64,000 nucleotides of DNA. It comes from an uncultured Planctomycetota bacterium. GTDB lineage: Bacteria > Planctomycetota > PUPC01. Shown piece after piece: positions 1-8,578 of this stretch (position 1 is the first letter of the stretch; every line of letters begins with the position of its first letter). The translations under genes were made by a program, and so were the position numbers. The notes beneath the pieces are model-generated. The model ran no database searches and was not told where the DNA came from. It saw nothing but the letters and a program-made list of their open reading frames with translations. The DNA lies in assembly GCA_964385685.1 (NCBI GenBank), contig CAYLQD010000001.1:13432-77431 (forward strand), read 5' to 3'.

Positions 1-26
1 CCGCCACGTACAGGACACGGCCCCGT

Positions 27-1769
27 CTAACGTTCGGCGGGAGAGACAAGCCCGTGCCGCCCGATGAAGGCCCGCTGCGCGCGCACGAACTCGCGGAAGA
101 ACGCCTCGGATTTCGTGAGGCGCGCCACGCCGGCCGCTGCCTCGGCCGGCCTCTGCTCGCCGAGCCCGCGAGCCAACGACCCGAGGCCCGCCGCCTGCTC
201 GGCCGCCGCCGCGATCAGCTTCTTGTGCAGGGCCGCCAGCTCCTTGTTCGCGGGCGACACCTCCTCAAGTTCGGCCAGATTGTCCTCCGCAGCCCGCGCC
301 AGAGCCGCTGCGTACGGGAGCGCCTCGGGCGGCGGTGTCGGCCGCTTCGACAGGGCCCGCAGCAACTTCCGCCCGGCCACGGCGAACTTCTGGTAACGCA
401 GGAGGGGCGCCGCCACGGACGCCATGTAGCTGTTGTATGCCCGCGCCACCCCGCCGAGCGCGGGCTCCAATCGCGGGGCGTCGTCCGGCACGCGCGACGC
501 GGCGAACGCGCCGCCGGCCACGAGCACGGCCACGACGACGAGCACCCGAACATAGCGCCGGCTCCGCGCGCCGGCGGCGGGGACCGGGATGCGGCGACTC
601 AGGAGCATGCCGCACAGGAACCCGATGAACAGCCCGCCCCCGTGCGCAAAGTTGTCGATGTGCTGCGTTGTCAGCCCGAAGTAGATGTTGTAGCCGAGGA
701 ACGCGAGGACGCCGAGCACCTGCGGTTTGAAGACACGGACGGGGATCATCTTTCGGCGCACGATCATGAAACCGAGAATGGCGCCAAAGAGCCCAAAGAC
801 CGCGCCGGACGCGCCCGCGCCGATCCCGACCGGGTTATGCGCGATGCTCGCGATGGCGCCGCCGATTCCGCTCAACGTATAAGCGATCAGAAACGCCCAG
901 TTCCCGAGCAGCCGCTCGGTGAACCGCCCAACGACCCACAGGCACCACATGTTGAACGCCACGTGCAGCAGCCCGAAATGCACGTAGTTGGCCGTGAGCA
1001 GCCGCCACCATTCGCCGTCGACGACGTTCGGCCCGTATGACCCGCCGAAGAACAGAACGTCGACCGGTGACGGCCACCAGATGTTCGTTCCGACCAGCGC
1101 CATGGCCGCGAACACGACCGCGTTGAGCCCGATGATGGTGGGCGTCACCCACGTCCGCGGCGTCGCGGCCTCCAGCAGGTCGTAGAATTCGTCCTCCTGC
1201 TCGAGTTCGCCGTTGTGCTCGGCGATGGCCCGGTGGATGTCGAGGTCGGCGTGCGCGCGAAAGCCCGCGTCCCCCGTGACCCGCGCGAGCCGCTCACGCA
1301 CCCGCTCCGGCCCGGTGACGGCCAACGTGGCGGCGTGCACGGCGAGCAGCGTGATGCCCGGTTGCTCGCCCGCCCGCGCGATCTCGGGCGCCGGCAGTCC
1401 CGCCGGAACGACCAGGATGAACCGCTTCGGCTTCACCTCGCCGAACGTGCCGAGCGTGGCCCGGAGGTACTCGGCGGGCGACGCCGTCACATCGGGCGTC
1501 CACGCCGCGACCACCCAATACTCCTCATCGTGCGAGACCGTTGTGGGAATGTCGACATCGAGGATCACAGGCAGCCGCGGCCAGTGCTCGGGGTCGACCG
1601 ACCGGTCGCCATAGCTGGCGTGGCCGGAGCCGAGCAGCGCCTTGTGGACGCTCTCGACGGCGCGGAGCGTCGCGTCGTCGATCGCGTCGACGGCGGCTCC
1701 CGCGGCCCGCAGTTGTCTCATCACGCCCGAGCGGGTCTCGGCCGACGCTGTTTCCGGGGCGTCCGTCAT
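27..1769 (-). CDS. rhomboid-family intramembrane serine protease with a long N-terminal cytoplasmic extension
   Basis: ORF 27..1892. GASGAVFG catalytic-Ser motif, downstream His (NFAHGGG), about 6 hydrophobic helices. Start placed at ATG 1769 (GGAGGGA SD 9 nt upstream). Earlier in-frame ATGs at 1799 and 1892 are possible. Confidence 0.65.
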   Translation of the reverse strand: MTDAPETASAETRSGVMRQLRAAGAAVDAIDDATLRAVESVHKALLGSGHASYGDRSVDPEHWPRLPVILDVDIPTTVSHDEEYWVVAAWTPDVTASPAEYLRATLGTFGEVKPKRFILVVPAGLPAPEIARAGEQPGITLLAVHAATLAVTGPERVRERLARVTGDAGFRAHADLDIHRAIAEHNGELEQEDEFYDLLEAATPRTWVTPTIIGLNAVVFAAMALVGTNIWWPSPVDVLFFGGSYGPNVVDGEWWRLLTANYVHFGLLHVAFNMWCLWVVGRFTERLLGNWAFLIAYTLSGIGGAIASIAHNPVGIGAGASGAVFGLFGAILGFMIVRRKMIPVRVFKPQVLGVLAFLGYNIYFGLTTQHIDNFAHGGGLFIGFLCGMLLSRRIPVPAAGARSRRYVRVLVVVAVLVAGGAFAASRVPDDAPRLEPALGGVARAYNSYMASVAAPLLRYQKFAVAGRKLLRALSKRPTPPPEALPYAAALARAAEDNLAELEEVSPANKELAALHKKLIAAAAEQAAGLGSLARGLGEQRPAEAAAGVARLTKSEAFFREFVRAQRAFIGRHGLVSPAER

Positions 1770-1912
1770 GCGGTGGCGTCCCTCCGAACTCGAAGCCATT
1801 GTAGCGGCCGCCCGCCGCGAGCGCAACGCGGCCCGGCCGCTGGATTTCGCTTGCCCGGCGCCCGTGCCGGCACTATACTCTGCGCAAGACACGCAAAAGA
1901 ACGAGAGCCGGC

Positions 1913-2443
1913 ATGCCCGAACTCGAACGCAAGAAAACCGGAGGCCTTACCGCGCTGGGGGCTCTGTGCCTCGTGCTTGGCGGGGTCGCGCTCATCACGG
2001 TCGTCTGGGCCTTTCTCCAGCCCGAGGTCATCCGACACCAGGCCGAGCGATATGGCGCTCCCGACCTGCTCGCCGGCTTCGGAATGATCGCCGCCTACGT
2101 CGACGCCTCGGTTAACCTGATCCTCGCCGGCACGCTGTTCGTGGCCGGAATCGGGCTGCTGATGCTGAAGCGTTGGGGGCGCACCCTCGCGCTGTGGTAC
2201 GCTTGGCCGCGGATCGCGTGGAGTTTCGTCTCGGCCATTTTCGCGCTCGTCGGCCCGTATTCCGCCCAGCCCGACGCCGAGGCGCTCAGGGGAATCCGCC
2301 CCGAGTACCGCGAAGCCATGCAGCATTCGTTCTCGGCCAACGCGCTGACGTTGATCGTCGGCGGGCTGATCCTCTCGACCCTATTTGCCGTCATCCTCAT
2401 CTGCCTGCTCTCGCGCCAGAGCTACAAAGACAACCTTTCGTGA
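1913..2443 (+). CDS. hypothetical integral membrane protein (about 4 TM helices)
   Basis: 176-aa ORF with native codon usage and four long hydrophobic segments. No recognisable motif. Confidence 0.45.
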   Translation: MPELERKKTGGLTALGALCLVLGGVALITVVWAFLQPEVIRHQAERYGAPDLLAGFGMIAAYVDASVNLILAGTLFVAGIGLLMLKRWGRTLALWYAWPRIAWSFVSAIFALVGPYSAQPDAEALRGIRPEYREAMQHSFSANALTLIVGGLILSTLFAVILICLLSRQSYKDNLS

Positions 2444-2464
2444 TTCTTCTATAATGGCCCCGCT

Positions 2465-3628
2465 ATGATTTCGCGGCGCAACATCGCGCGCCTCGCGCGC
2501 AAGGCGCTGGCCGACCCGGGATATGCGATCCGCGCCTTTCGGCAGCGGTGGCGCGGCCACCGCTCGTATCGCCGGGGCGACGGCTGGAGCGCCCTGCCCG
2601 AGACCGTCAGCTTGTTCCTCACGTTCCAGTGCAACCTGCGCTGCCGGATGTGCGGGCAGTGGGGCCCGGCGGGCGCCGCGAAGGGTTATCCGCCCGAGAC
2701 CCTGAAGAGCCGCCTGTCCCGCGAAGAGGTCCGCTGCCTGCTCGACGACGTGACCCCCTCCCGGCCCAACATCACCCTCTTCGGCGGCGAGCCCATGCTG
2801 CACCCGGAGTTCGCCGGCATCGTCGAGGACGTGAAGGCTGCCGGGCTCCGGTGCAACGTCATCACCAACGCGACGCTCCTCGAGCGCTTCGCGGAGCCGC
2901 TCGTCACACTCGGGCTCGACGAGATCATCTTCTCGCTCGACGGCCCGCGCGAGGTGCACGACGACATCCGCGGCGCCCCGGGCACGTTCGACAAGGCGAT
3001 GGCCGGGTTCGAGAAGCTGCTCGCGGCGAAACGGGAGGGACGGGTCAAGCGGCCAAAGATCAACCTCACGAGCGTCGTCTACGAGTCCGGCTATGAGCGC
3101 CTGCCGGAGCTGATTCCCATCGCCGAGCGGCTCGGAGCCGATTCGCTCACCGTCCATCACCTCATCTTCCTCGATCGCGAGACATACGACCGGCAGAACG
3201 CATTTTGTGAGCGCGAGTTCGGCACGCGGTGTTTCGACTGGGAGGGATTCATCGTCGACGAGCTGCCTGCCGTCGATCCCGCAAAGCTGATCGCGATCAA
3301 GGACGAGATGGCGCGGGCGCGCGCTTCCGCGGACGTCTCGTTCTATCCGAACCTGACCGACGACGAGATCCGCGCGTGGTACGGGGGATTCGAGTTCGAC
3401 CCGCGATCGTATTCCGGCCGGTGCGAGAGCCCGTGGATGGCGGCGACCGTCTTTCCCGACGGCGGCGTGCGGCCGTGCCATTCGATGAACTTCATCGCCG
3501 GCAACATCCGCGAGGCGCGCTTCACGGAGATCTGGAACAACGACGCCTACCGCCGCTACCGCCGCACGGTGAAGCGGTGCGGCCGCTTCCCCATCTGCTC
3601 CCGCTGCACAGAGCTATACAGATTCTGA
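2465..3628 (+). CDS. radical SAM enzyme with C-terminal SPASM-like Cys-rich domain
   Basis: FQCNLRCRMCGQW contains a CX3CX2C [4Fe-4S]/SAM cluster motif. C-terminal CHSM...CGRFPICSRCTELY Cys cluster is typical of SPASM/twitch maturases. High-GC native codon usage. Confidence 0.75.
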   Translation: MISRRNIARLARKALADPGYAIRAFRQRWRGHRSYRRGDGWSALPETVSLFLTFQCNLRCRMCGQWGPAGAAKGYPPETLKSRLSREEVRCLLDDVTPSRPNITLFGGEPMLHPEFAGIVEDVKAAGLRCNVITNATLLERFAEPLVTLGLDEIIFSLDGPREVHDDIRGAPGTFDKAMAGFEKLLAAKREGRVKRPKINLTSVVYESGYERLPELIPIAERLGADSLTVHHLIFLDRETYDRQNAFCEREFGTRCFDWEGFIVDELPAVDPAKLIAIKDEMARARASADVSFYPNLTDDEIRAWYGGFEFDPRSYSGRCESPWMAATVFPDGGVRPCHSMNFIAGNIREARFTEIWNNDAYRRYRRTVKRCGRFPICSRCTELYRF

Positions 3629-3653
3629 GCCCCAAAAAGACCGAAGAAACGAC

Positions 3654-3720
3654 TTGACAAGTCCAGGTAGAAGATGTAAGCTACTAACGTTATCTGACGG
3701 AAGATAACGGAACCTAACGG
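3654..3720 (+). promoter_or_regulatory. candidate promoter plus operator of the RM operon
   Basis: TTGACA (3654-3659), 17-nt spacer, TG-TAAGCT (3675-3682). Immediately downstream is a perfect inverted repeat CGTTATCT-GACGGA-AGATAACG (3688-3709) flanked by direct CTAACG(G) repeats (3684-3689, 3714-3720). Confidence 0.4.
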
Positions 3721-3844
3721 AGCGGTTGCTGCTCATGAGGGGGTAGGCCGATGGGAAAGCAGGAGCACGGTGCGCTGGGCCACGAAGGAGCCGCCAACCT
3801 GAAGCCGGGCCAAATACGTGACTTCATCTCGGGTCGGCCGTGCA

Positions 3845-6328
3845 ATGCGACGCCGGAAGAAGTCGAGGCCCGTGCAGGTCTTCGCCCGACGCCTGGTCGA
3901 AGACTACGGCTATCCGAAGTCACATCTGCAAACACGCCCCCAGTTCCGCGTCCGGAAGCACCCGTCGGACGAGAAGAAATCGTATCCCGTCGACATCGCC
4001 GTGTTCAAGTCCGCTGACAGGAGCGAGCAGCAGTTGTCTATGGTGGTCGAGTGCAAGAAAAAGACTCGAAAAGACGGAGTTGCCCAGCTCAAGCTGTACC
4101 TGGACATGTCCGCCGCCGACGTTGGCGTCTGGTTCAATGGCGACGAGCACGAGTACCTGCATAAGATTCACCACAAGGACGGGTCGCGCACCTACGACCG
4201 GTTGCCGAACATTCCACGACACGGACAGCGCATCGAGGACATCGGTCTCTTCCAGCGCAAGGACCTGAAGAAGCCGTCGAACCTCAAGGCCGTCTTCCGC
4301 GATCTGCGCAACCACCTTGCAGGCATGACCACCGGAATCACGCGCGACGAAGCGCTGGCACAGGAAATCATCAACATCCTGTTTTGCAAGATTCTCGACG
4401 AGCAGGAGACGGAACCGGAGGACACAGTCAACTTTCGTGCCGGTGTCGGGGAGAAACCCGATGCGGTCCGCAGGCGCATCCTCAAGCTGTTCGAGCGCGT
4501 GAAGACCGCCACGTTCGAGGATGTCTTCGACGCCACTGACACGATTGGCCTTGACGCCGAAAGTCTGCGGTACGTGGTCGGTGAGCTGCAGAACTACTGG
4601 ATCACGGGGGCCGACAGGGATGCCATTGGCGACGCGTTCGAGGTATTCATCGGCCCCGCCCTTCGAGGGTCGGAAGGACAATTTTTCACGCCGAGGAACG
4701 TTGTCAAAATGATGGTGGAGATCCTGGAGCCAAAACCGGGCGAAAAGATCGTCGATCCGGCTTGCGGGTCTGGCGGATTTCTTATTTGTGCTTTGGAGCA
4801 CGTCTGGGCGCACCTCAAAGAGGAAGCTAAACGGAAGAAATGGAACGATCGCCTTCTGTTCAAACGCGAAGTGGAGGTTGCTACGGATTGCTTCAGGGGG
4901 ATTGACAAGGACGCTTTCCTGGCAAAAGTCTGTAAGGCGTACATGGCCTTGGTGGGCGACGGGCGTGGCGGCGTTTTCTGTGCCAACTCCCTCAGCCGGC
5001 CCGAAGAATGGCACCCGGTCATGCGGGATAAGATAGGTTTGGGCCAGTTTGATGTCCTGCTGACCAATCCTCCTTTTGGGAAGAAGATCATCGTCAAGGG
5101 TGCGCCCGTTCTTTCGCAGTTCGACCTCGGCTACAAGTGGAAGCGGGACAAAGAAACGAAGGAACTGGAAAAAACCACAACCCTTCACGACGACCAGCCG
5201 CCGCAGATTCTGTTTCTTGAACGCTGCCTGCAATTGCTCAAACCCGGCGGACGGCTCGGCATTGTCCTACCGGAGGCCGTCTTCGGCATGCCAACCTATG
5301 AGTACGTCGTCGCTTGGCTGCGCAGGCGCGCGAAGATACGGGGCATTGTTTCAATGCCGGAACCGCTTTTCAAGACGAGCGGCAAGGGTGGGACCCACGC
5401 CAAGGTCTGTGTTTTGTTCCTGGAGAACGCCGTGCCGGAGGAAGACGAGGACTGGGACATCTTCATGGCCGATGTGAAGTGGTGCGGACATGATTCTAGG
5501 GCTAACCCCACAGTCCGGAAAGACGAAGACGGGAACTTGACGCTCCTGGATGACATCCCTGCTGTGGCGCAAAGATATGTTGAGGTCGTCAAACAGAAAG
5601 GTGTGTGTCCCCGCGACCGTTACGGTTTCCTGCAACGGCTGTCTAAGATGCACAATGGGATTTTCATTCCCAAGTACTATGACCCCCAGATCGAAGGTGA
5701 TTTATGTGCGCTCGCGATAACACATGAGCTTGTGCCGTTGCAGGAACTTGTAGAGAAGCGAGTATTGTCTTGGGACACCGGCATTGAAATCGGCAAGATG
5801 GCCTATGGTACGGGGAACATTCCTTTCATTCGAACGTCGGACATCTCAAACTGGGAACTCAAAGGTGATCCCAAACAGAATGTGAGCGAGGAAATCTATG
5901 AGGCAAACAAGCAAGACGTACAGGCCGAGGACATACTCGTTGTTCGAGACGGGACGTATCTGGTAGGCATCTCCTGCATTTTGACCGAGCACGACACGAA
6001 GATTCTCTATTGCGGCGGCATGTACAAGCTACGCGTGGAACACAAGGCGAGACTGGACCCGTACCTGCTGCTGGCTCTCCTGAACTCGCCAATCGTCCGT
6101 CGTCAGATGCGCTCCAAACAGTTCACCCGCGACATCATCGATACGCTCGGCAAGCGGCTATTCGAGGTCGTGTTGCCCATCCCCAAAGACGCTCAGCTTC
6201 GCCGCCGCATTGCAGAAGAGACCCGGCGTGTGATCGAGACGCGGGTGGAACTCCGGAACCGAGCAAAGCAAATCTCACGAGAGGTGGAAGGATTGCCGGG
6301 TTCGGACGCGGAAACCGAGGAGCAATGA
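3845..6328 (+). CDS. single-chain Type IIG-like restriction-modification protein: N-terminal PD-(D/E)xK (HSDR_N-like) nuclease domain + gamma-class N6-adenine MTase + C-terminal HsdS-like target-recognition domain
   Basis: N-terminus VFARRLVEDYGYP...PVDIAVF...MVVECKKK gives a D...E-x-K nuclease signature. FFTPRNVVKMMVEILEPKPGEKIVDPACGSGGFL is motif X/I and LTNPPFGKK is motif IV of N6A MTases. C-terminal about 230 aa resembles an HsdS TRD. ORF begins with GTG at 3818; ATG at 3845 chosen as start. Confidence 0.65.
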   Translation: MRRRKKSRPVQVFARRLVEDYGYPKSHLQTRPQFRVRKHPSDEKKSYPVDIAVFKSADRSEQQLSMVVECKKKTRKDGVAQLKLYLDMSAADVGVWFNGDEHEYLHKIHHKDGSRTYDRLPNIPRHGQRIEDIGLFQRKDLKKPSNLKAVFRDLRNHLAGMTTGITRDEALAQEIINILFCKILDEQETEPEDTVNFRAGVGEKPDAVRRRILKLFERVKTATFEDVFDATDTIGLDAESLRYVVGELQNYWITGADRDAIGDAFEVFIGPALRGSEGQFFTPRNVVKMMVEILEPKPGEKIVDPACGSGGFLICALEHVWAHLKEEAKRKKWNDRLLFKREVEVATDCFRGIDKDAFLAKVCKAYMALVGDGRGGVFCANSLSRPEEWHPVMRDKIGLGQFDVLLTNPPFGKKIIVKGAPVLSQFDLGYKWKRDKETKELEKTTTLHDDQPPQILFLERCLQLLKPGGRLGIVLPEAVFGMPTYEYVVAWLRRRAKIRGIVSMPEPLFKTSGKGGTHAKVCVLFLENAVPEEDEDWDIFMADVKWCGHDSRANPTVRKDEDGNLTLLDDIPAVAQRYVEVVKQKGVCPRDRYGFLQRLSKMHNGIFIPKYYDPQIEGDLCALAITHELVPLQELVEKRVLSWDTGIEIGKMAYGTGNIPFIRTSDISNWELKGDPKQNVSEEIYEANKQDVQAEDILVVRDGTYLVGISCILTEHDTKILYCGGMYKLRVEHKARLDPYLLLALLNSPIVRRQMRSKQFTRDIIDTLGKRLFEVVLPIPKDAQLRRRIAEETRRVIETRVELRNRAKQISREVEGLPGSDAETEEQ

Positions 6329-7902
6329 AGACGTCGCCGAGCGAAACGGAAGTGTTGACCCTCAAGGAGGCGGCGGCCTATGTCCGGGTGAGCCAGAAGA
6401 CCCTGCGGGAACGGGCCAACGCCAAGCAAGTTCCGGGCCAGAAGGTCGGCCGTGAGTGGCGGTTCCTGAAGAAAGCTCTCGACGAATGGCTGTCGGGGGC
6501 GCAAGTCGTTGGCGACGGGGCGGGCGCTGTATCGGAGTCGGTGGGGCAGTTGTACTTGCCCGCCGCCGAGAAGGTGCGCGAGCCGACTAGGGCAGGGTTC
6601 GGCGACACGGCCTTCACCAAGAATCGAGAGGAACCTGTTCACCGCTGGGTGCCATGGGTCGCTGGCTTTTCCTCATCCTTCGTCCGGGAAATACTCGACC
6701 GCGAGGGGATCGACAGTCCCCGCCAGATCGTGCTGGATCCGTTCGCCGGTGTCGGCACGACCCTTGTGGAGAGCGTCAGAGGCGGTGCCAACGCCATCGG
6801 CTTTGAGATTAACCCGTATGCCGCGTTGGCGTGCAAGGTCAAGCTCGAAGCGGTCCGGAAGCCTCCCCGTGAAGTCCGGGACGCCGCGAAGCAACTCGAA
6901 TCCGCCTTGCGAAGATCACTCCGTAACGGTTCACGCCCGACGACCAGCAAGCCGCCGACAGGGTTCCGCACTCGCGACCCGTTCTTCAGCCCGAACGTGG
7001 AACGCCAAGTCCTGCTAGTCAAAGATTTCATCGCCCAGGAGAAACATGCGTGGCTGCGGCGCGTGCTCAACGTTGCCTTTGGTTCGATAATGGTGGGCGT
7101 GTCAAATTACTCCTACGAACCGAGCCTCGGGCGACGTGTTTCCGCTGGGAAGAAGCCGATCCTTGACGCGGACGTCGGTGGCATTCTGCGGGATCAGTTG
7201 CTGCGCATGGCCCAGGATATCGAAATCTTGCAGGCCGACAGGGGCAGCTGGCGCAGCGCCGCCAAGGGGAATGTGTTCAACGAATCCTACATGACGGGAG
7301 CCGGCGGACGCCTCGATCCTGAAACGGTCGACGTTCTAATCACTTCTCCGCCGTATCTGAACAACTACCACTACGTCCGGAACACACGCCCGCAGATTTA
7401 CTGGCTCGATTTTGCGAAGGAAGCCGCTGATTTACGGGACCTCGAAACCACAAGCTTCGGCAAGTTCTGGCAGACGGTCCGCAGTGAGCCGGAGATTGCG
7501 CTGGAGTTCAGTTTTCCCGAACTGGAAGTAAGGCTCTCTGGACTACGGTCCCTTCATCCTGAGAAGGGCGCATACGGCGGGGCGGGCTGGGCGAACTATG
7601 CCGCCACCTATTTCAATGACTGCGCCCGGTTCTGCTCGGTCACCGCGCAAGTGATGAGACCCGGTGGCCTGGTTGTTGTCGTGATCGGCAACAATATCCT
7701 CCAAGGCGTAGAATTCAAGACGGACGAGTTCTTTGCTCATATTGCCGAACAGAGCGGGTTCGAGACCATCGGCCTGCATAGGGTCCGTAAGAAGCGCACC
7801 GGATCGAGTATCGTGAACTCATCCGTGCGGGTGGGGGCAACAAAGAAACGAACTGAGCTGTACGAAACTGCCGTTGAGTTGCGCATGGGAACGGCAACCT
7901 AG
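6325..7902 (+). CDS. DNA amino-methyltransferase (N4-C or N6-A) with N-terminal excisionase/MerR-type HTH
   Basis: Start ATG 6325 overlaps the upstream stop (ATGA at 6325-6328). N-terminal LTLKEAAAYVRVSQKTLRERAN HTH. IVLDPFAGVGTTLVESV SAM-binding motif and LITSPPYLNNYHY catalytic motif. The long in-frame upstream extension from 6010 overlaps the previous gene and is rejected. Confidence 0.6.
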   Translation: MKTSPSETEVLTLKEAAAYVRVSQKTLRERANAKQVPGQKVGREWRFLKKALDEWLSGAQVVGDGAGAVSESVGQLYLPAAEKVREPTRAGFGDTAFTKNREEPVHRWVPWVAGFSSSFVREILDREGIDSPRQIVLDPFAGVGTTLVESVRGGANAIGFEINPYAALACKVKLEAVRKPPREVRDAAKQLESALRRSLRNGSRPTTSKPPTGFRTRDPFFSPNVERQVLLVKDFIAQEKHAWLRRVLNVAFGSIMVGVSNYSYEPSLGRRVSAGKKPILDADVGGILRDQLLRMAQDIEILQADRGSWRSAAKGNVFNESYMTGAGGRLDPETVDVLITSPPYLNNYHYVRNTRPQIYWLDFAKEAADLRDLETTSFGKFWQTVRSEPEIALEFSFPELEVRLSGLRSLHPEKGAYGGAGWANYAATYFNDCARFCSVTAQVMRPGGLVVVVIGNNILQGVEFKTDEFFAHIAEQSGFETIGLHRVRKKRTGSSIVNSSVRVGATKKRTELYETAVELRMGTAT

Positions 7903-8531
7903 CTGCCCCAAGCCGATGCGATCTCACGAAGTATGTCTTCCGTCTTTTCCTCTGCCGTTCGTGTGGCCGCCCACGGCCGCCCGGGATGAAGGATGTCCCA
8001 ACGAGAGCGCTTGCCCGTGCTCCGATACTTCCCTTGTGGATTATTGCCGAAGCCGGTCACAACGGTATTCCAGACCGGGCCCAAACGCTCTATCAGGAAC
8101 CGCTCGGCGAGCGGAATCCAGACCGGTTCAAGAACAAGGTAACGACAACGAAAATCGGAGGTGATCAGGTTTTCAGCATGATCGATACTCTTGGCGTGTT
8201 GCCCCAAACGCTGGCGCAAGGGGCGCTCATCCTCGCGCGCCGAGGATAGCCCCTTCCGTCTGCCAGAAGGAACGGCCTTACCGACATATATTGGCCTGTC
8301 CGACCGACTGATCTTGGCATACCACCCGAGATCTCCCGCGTAGTAGACAGCGTATACTCCAGCGCCCGTGAACTGACGTTTCGGTGGCAGGAGGCCTAAC
8401 GGTTGCGCCATTAGCGCGCCCTCCACGTTCTGGGCGAGATTCTCGTAATCCAGCGGGTCATGCGGTTCGGGCTGCTCGGCTTGGACTCGGGCCACTGACA
8501 CTCCTCCGGGGAACGGTCGCCCTTTCGGCAA
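7899..8531 (-). CDS. GIY-YIG restriction endonuclease, Eco29kI-like
   Basis: 210 aa. GVYAVYY ... PIYVGKA pair (GIY / YIG) followed by Arg/His (RQRLGQH), Glu and Asn positions consistent with the GIY-YIG active site. Size matches the Eco29kI family (about 214 aa). TTG start at 8531. Stop codon overlaps the convergent MTase stop. Confidence 0.5.
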   Translation of the reverse strand: MPKGRPFPGGVSVARVQAEQPEPHDPLDYENLAQNVEGALMAQPLGLLPPKRQFTGAGVYAVYYAGDLGWYAKISRSDRPIYVGKAVPSGRRKGLSSAREDERPLRQRLGQHAKSIDHAENLITSDFRCRYLVLEPVWIPLAERFLIERLGPVWNTVVTGFGNNPQGKYRSTGKRSRWDILHPGRPWAATRTAEEKTEDILREIASAWGS

Positions 8532-8578
8532 GCTCTTATACGCGCCGATGCCGAGACTGTCAACCGGCTCTTGTTGAG

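Larger units (their letters stand above)
3630..8560. other. horizontally acquired restriction-modification island (low GC, foreign codon usage, no mobility gene)
   Basis: GC falls from about 68% to about 55-58%. About 25-30% A/T at codon third positions versus under 10% in flanking genes. Contains three RM-type genes. Boundaries are the radical-SAM stop (3628) and the TPR gene stop (8579). Confidence 0.6.

Noticed and set aside
54-1040. 328-aa plus-strand ORF antisense to the rhomboid gene. The same artefact produces many other long antisense ORFs (e.g. 23963..25861, 26032..30441, 32847..34952, 39374..40255, 41451..43475, 54899..58009, 58640..60607).
   Set aside because: Arg/Pro/Gly-rich low-complexity translations lying on the opposite strand of well-supported conserved genes. 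This is a typical consequence of stop-codon depletion in 68% GC DNA.
6010-6324. Upstream in-frame extension of the HTH-methyltransferase ORF overlapping the Type IIG-like gene by 315 nt.
   Set aside because: Low-complexity Arg-rich translation. The ATGA-overlapping ATG at 6325 begins directly at the HTH and is the natural start.
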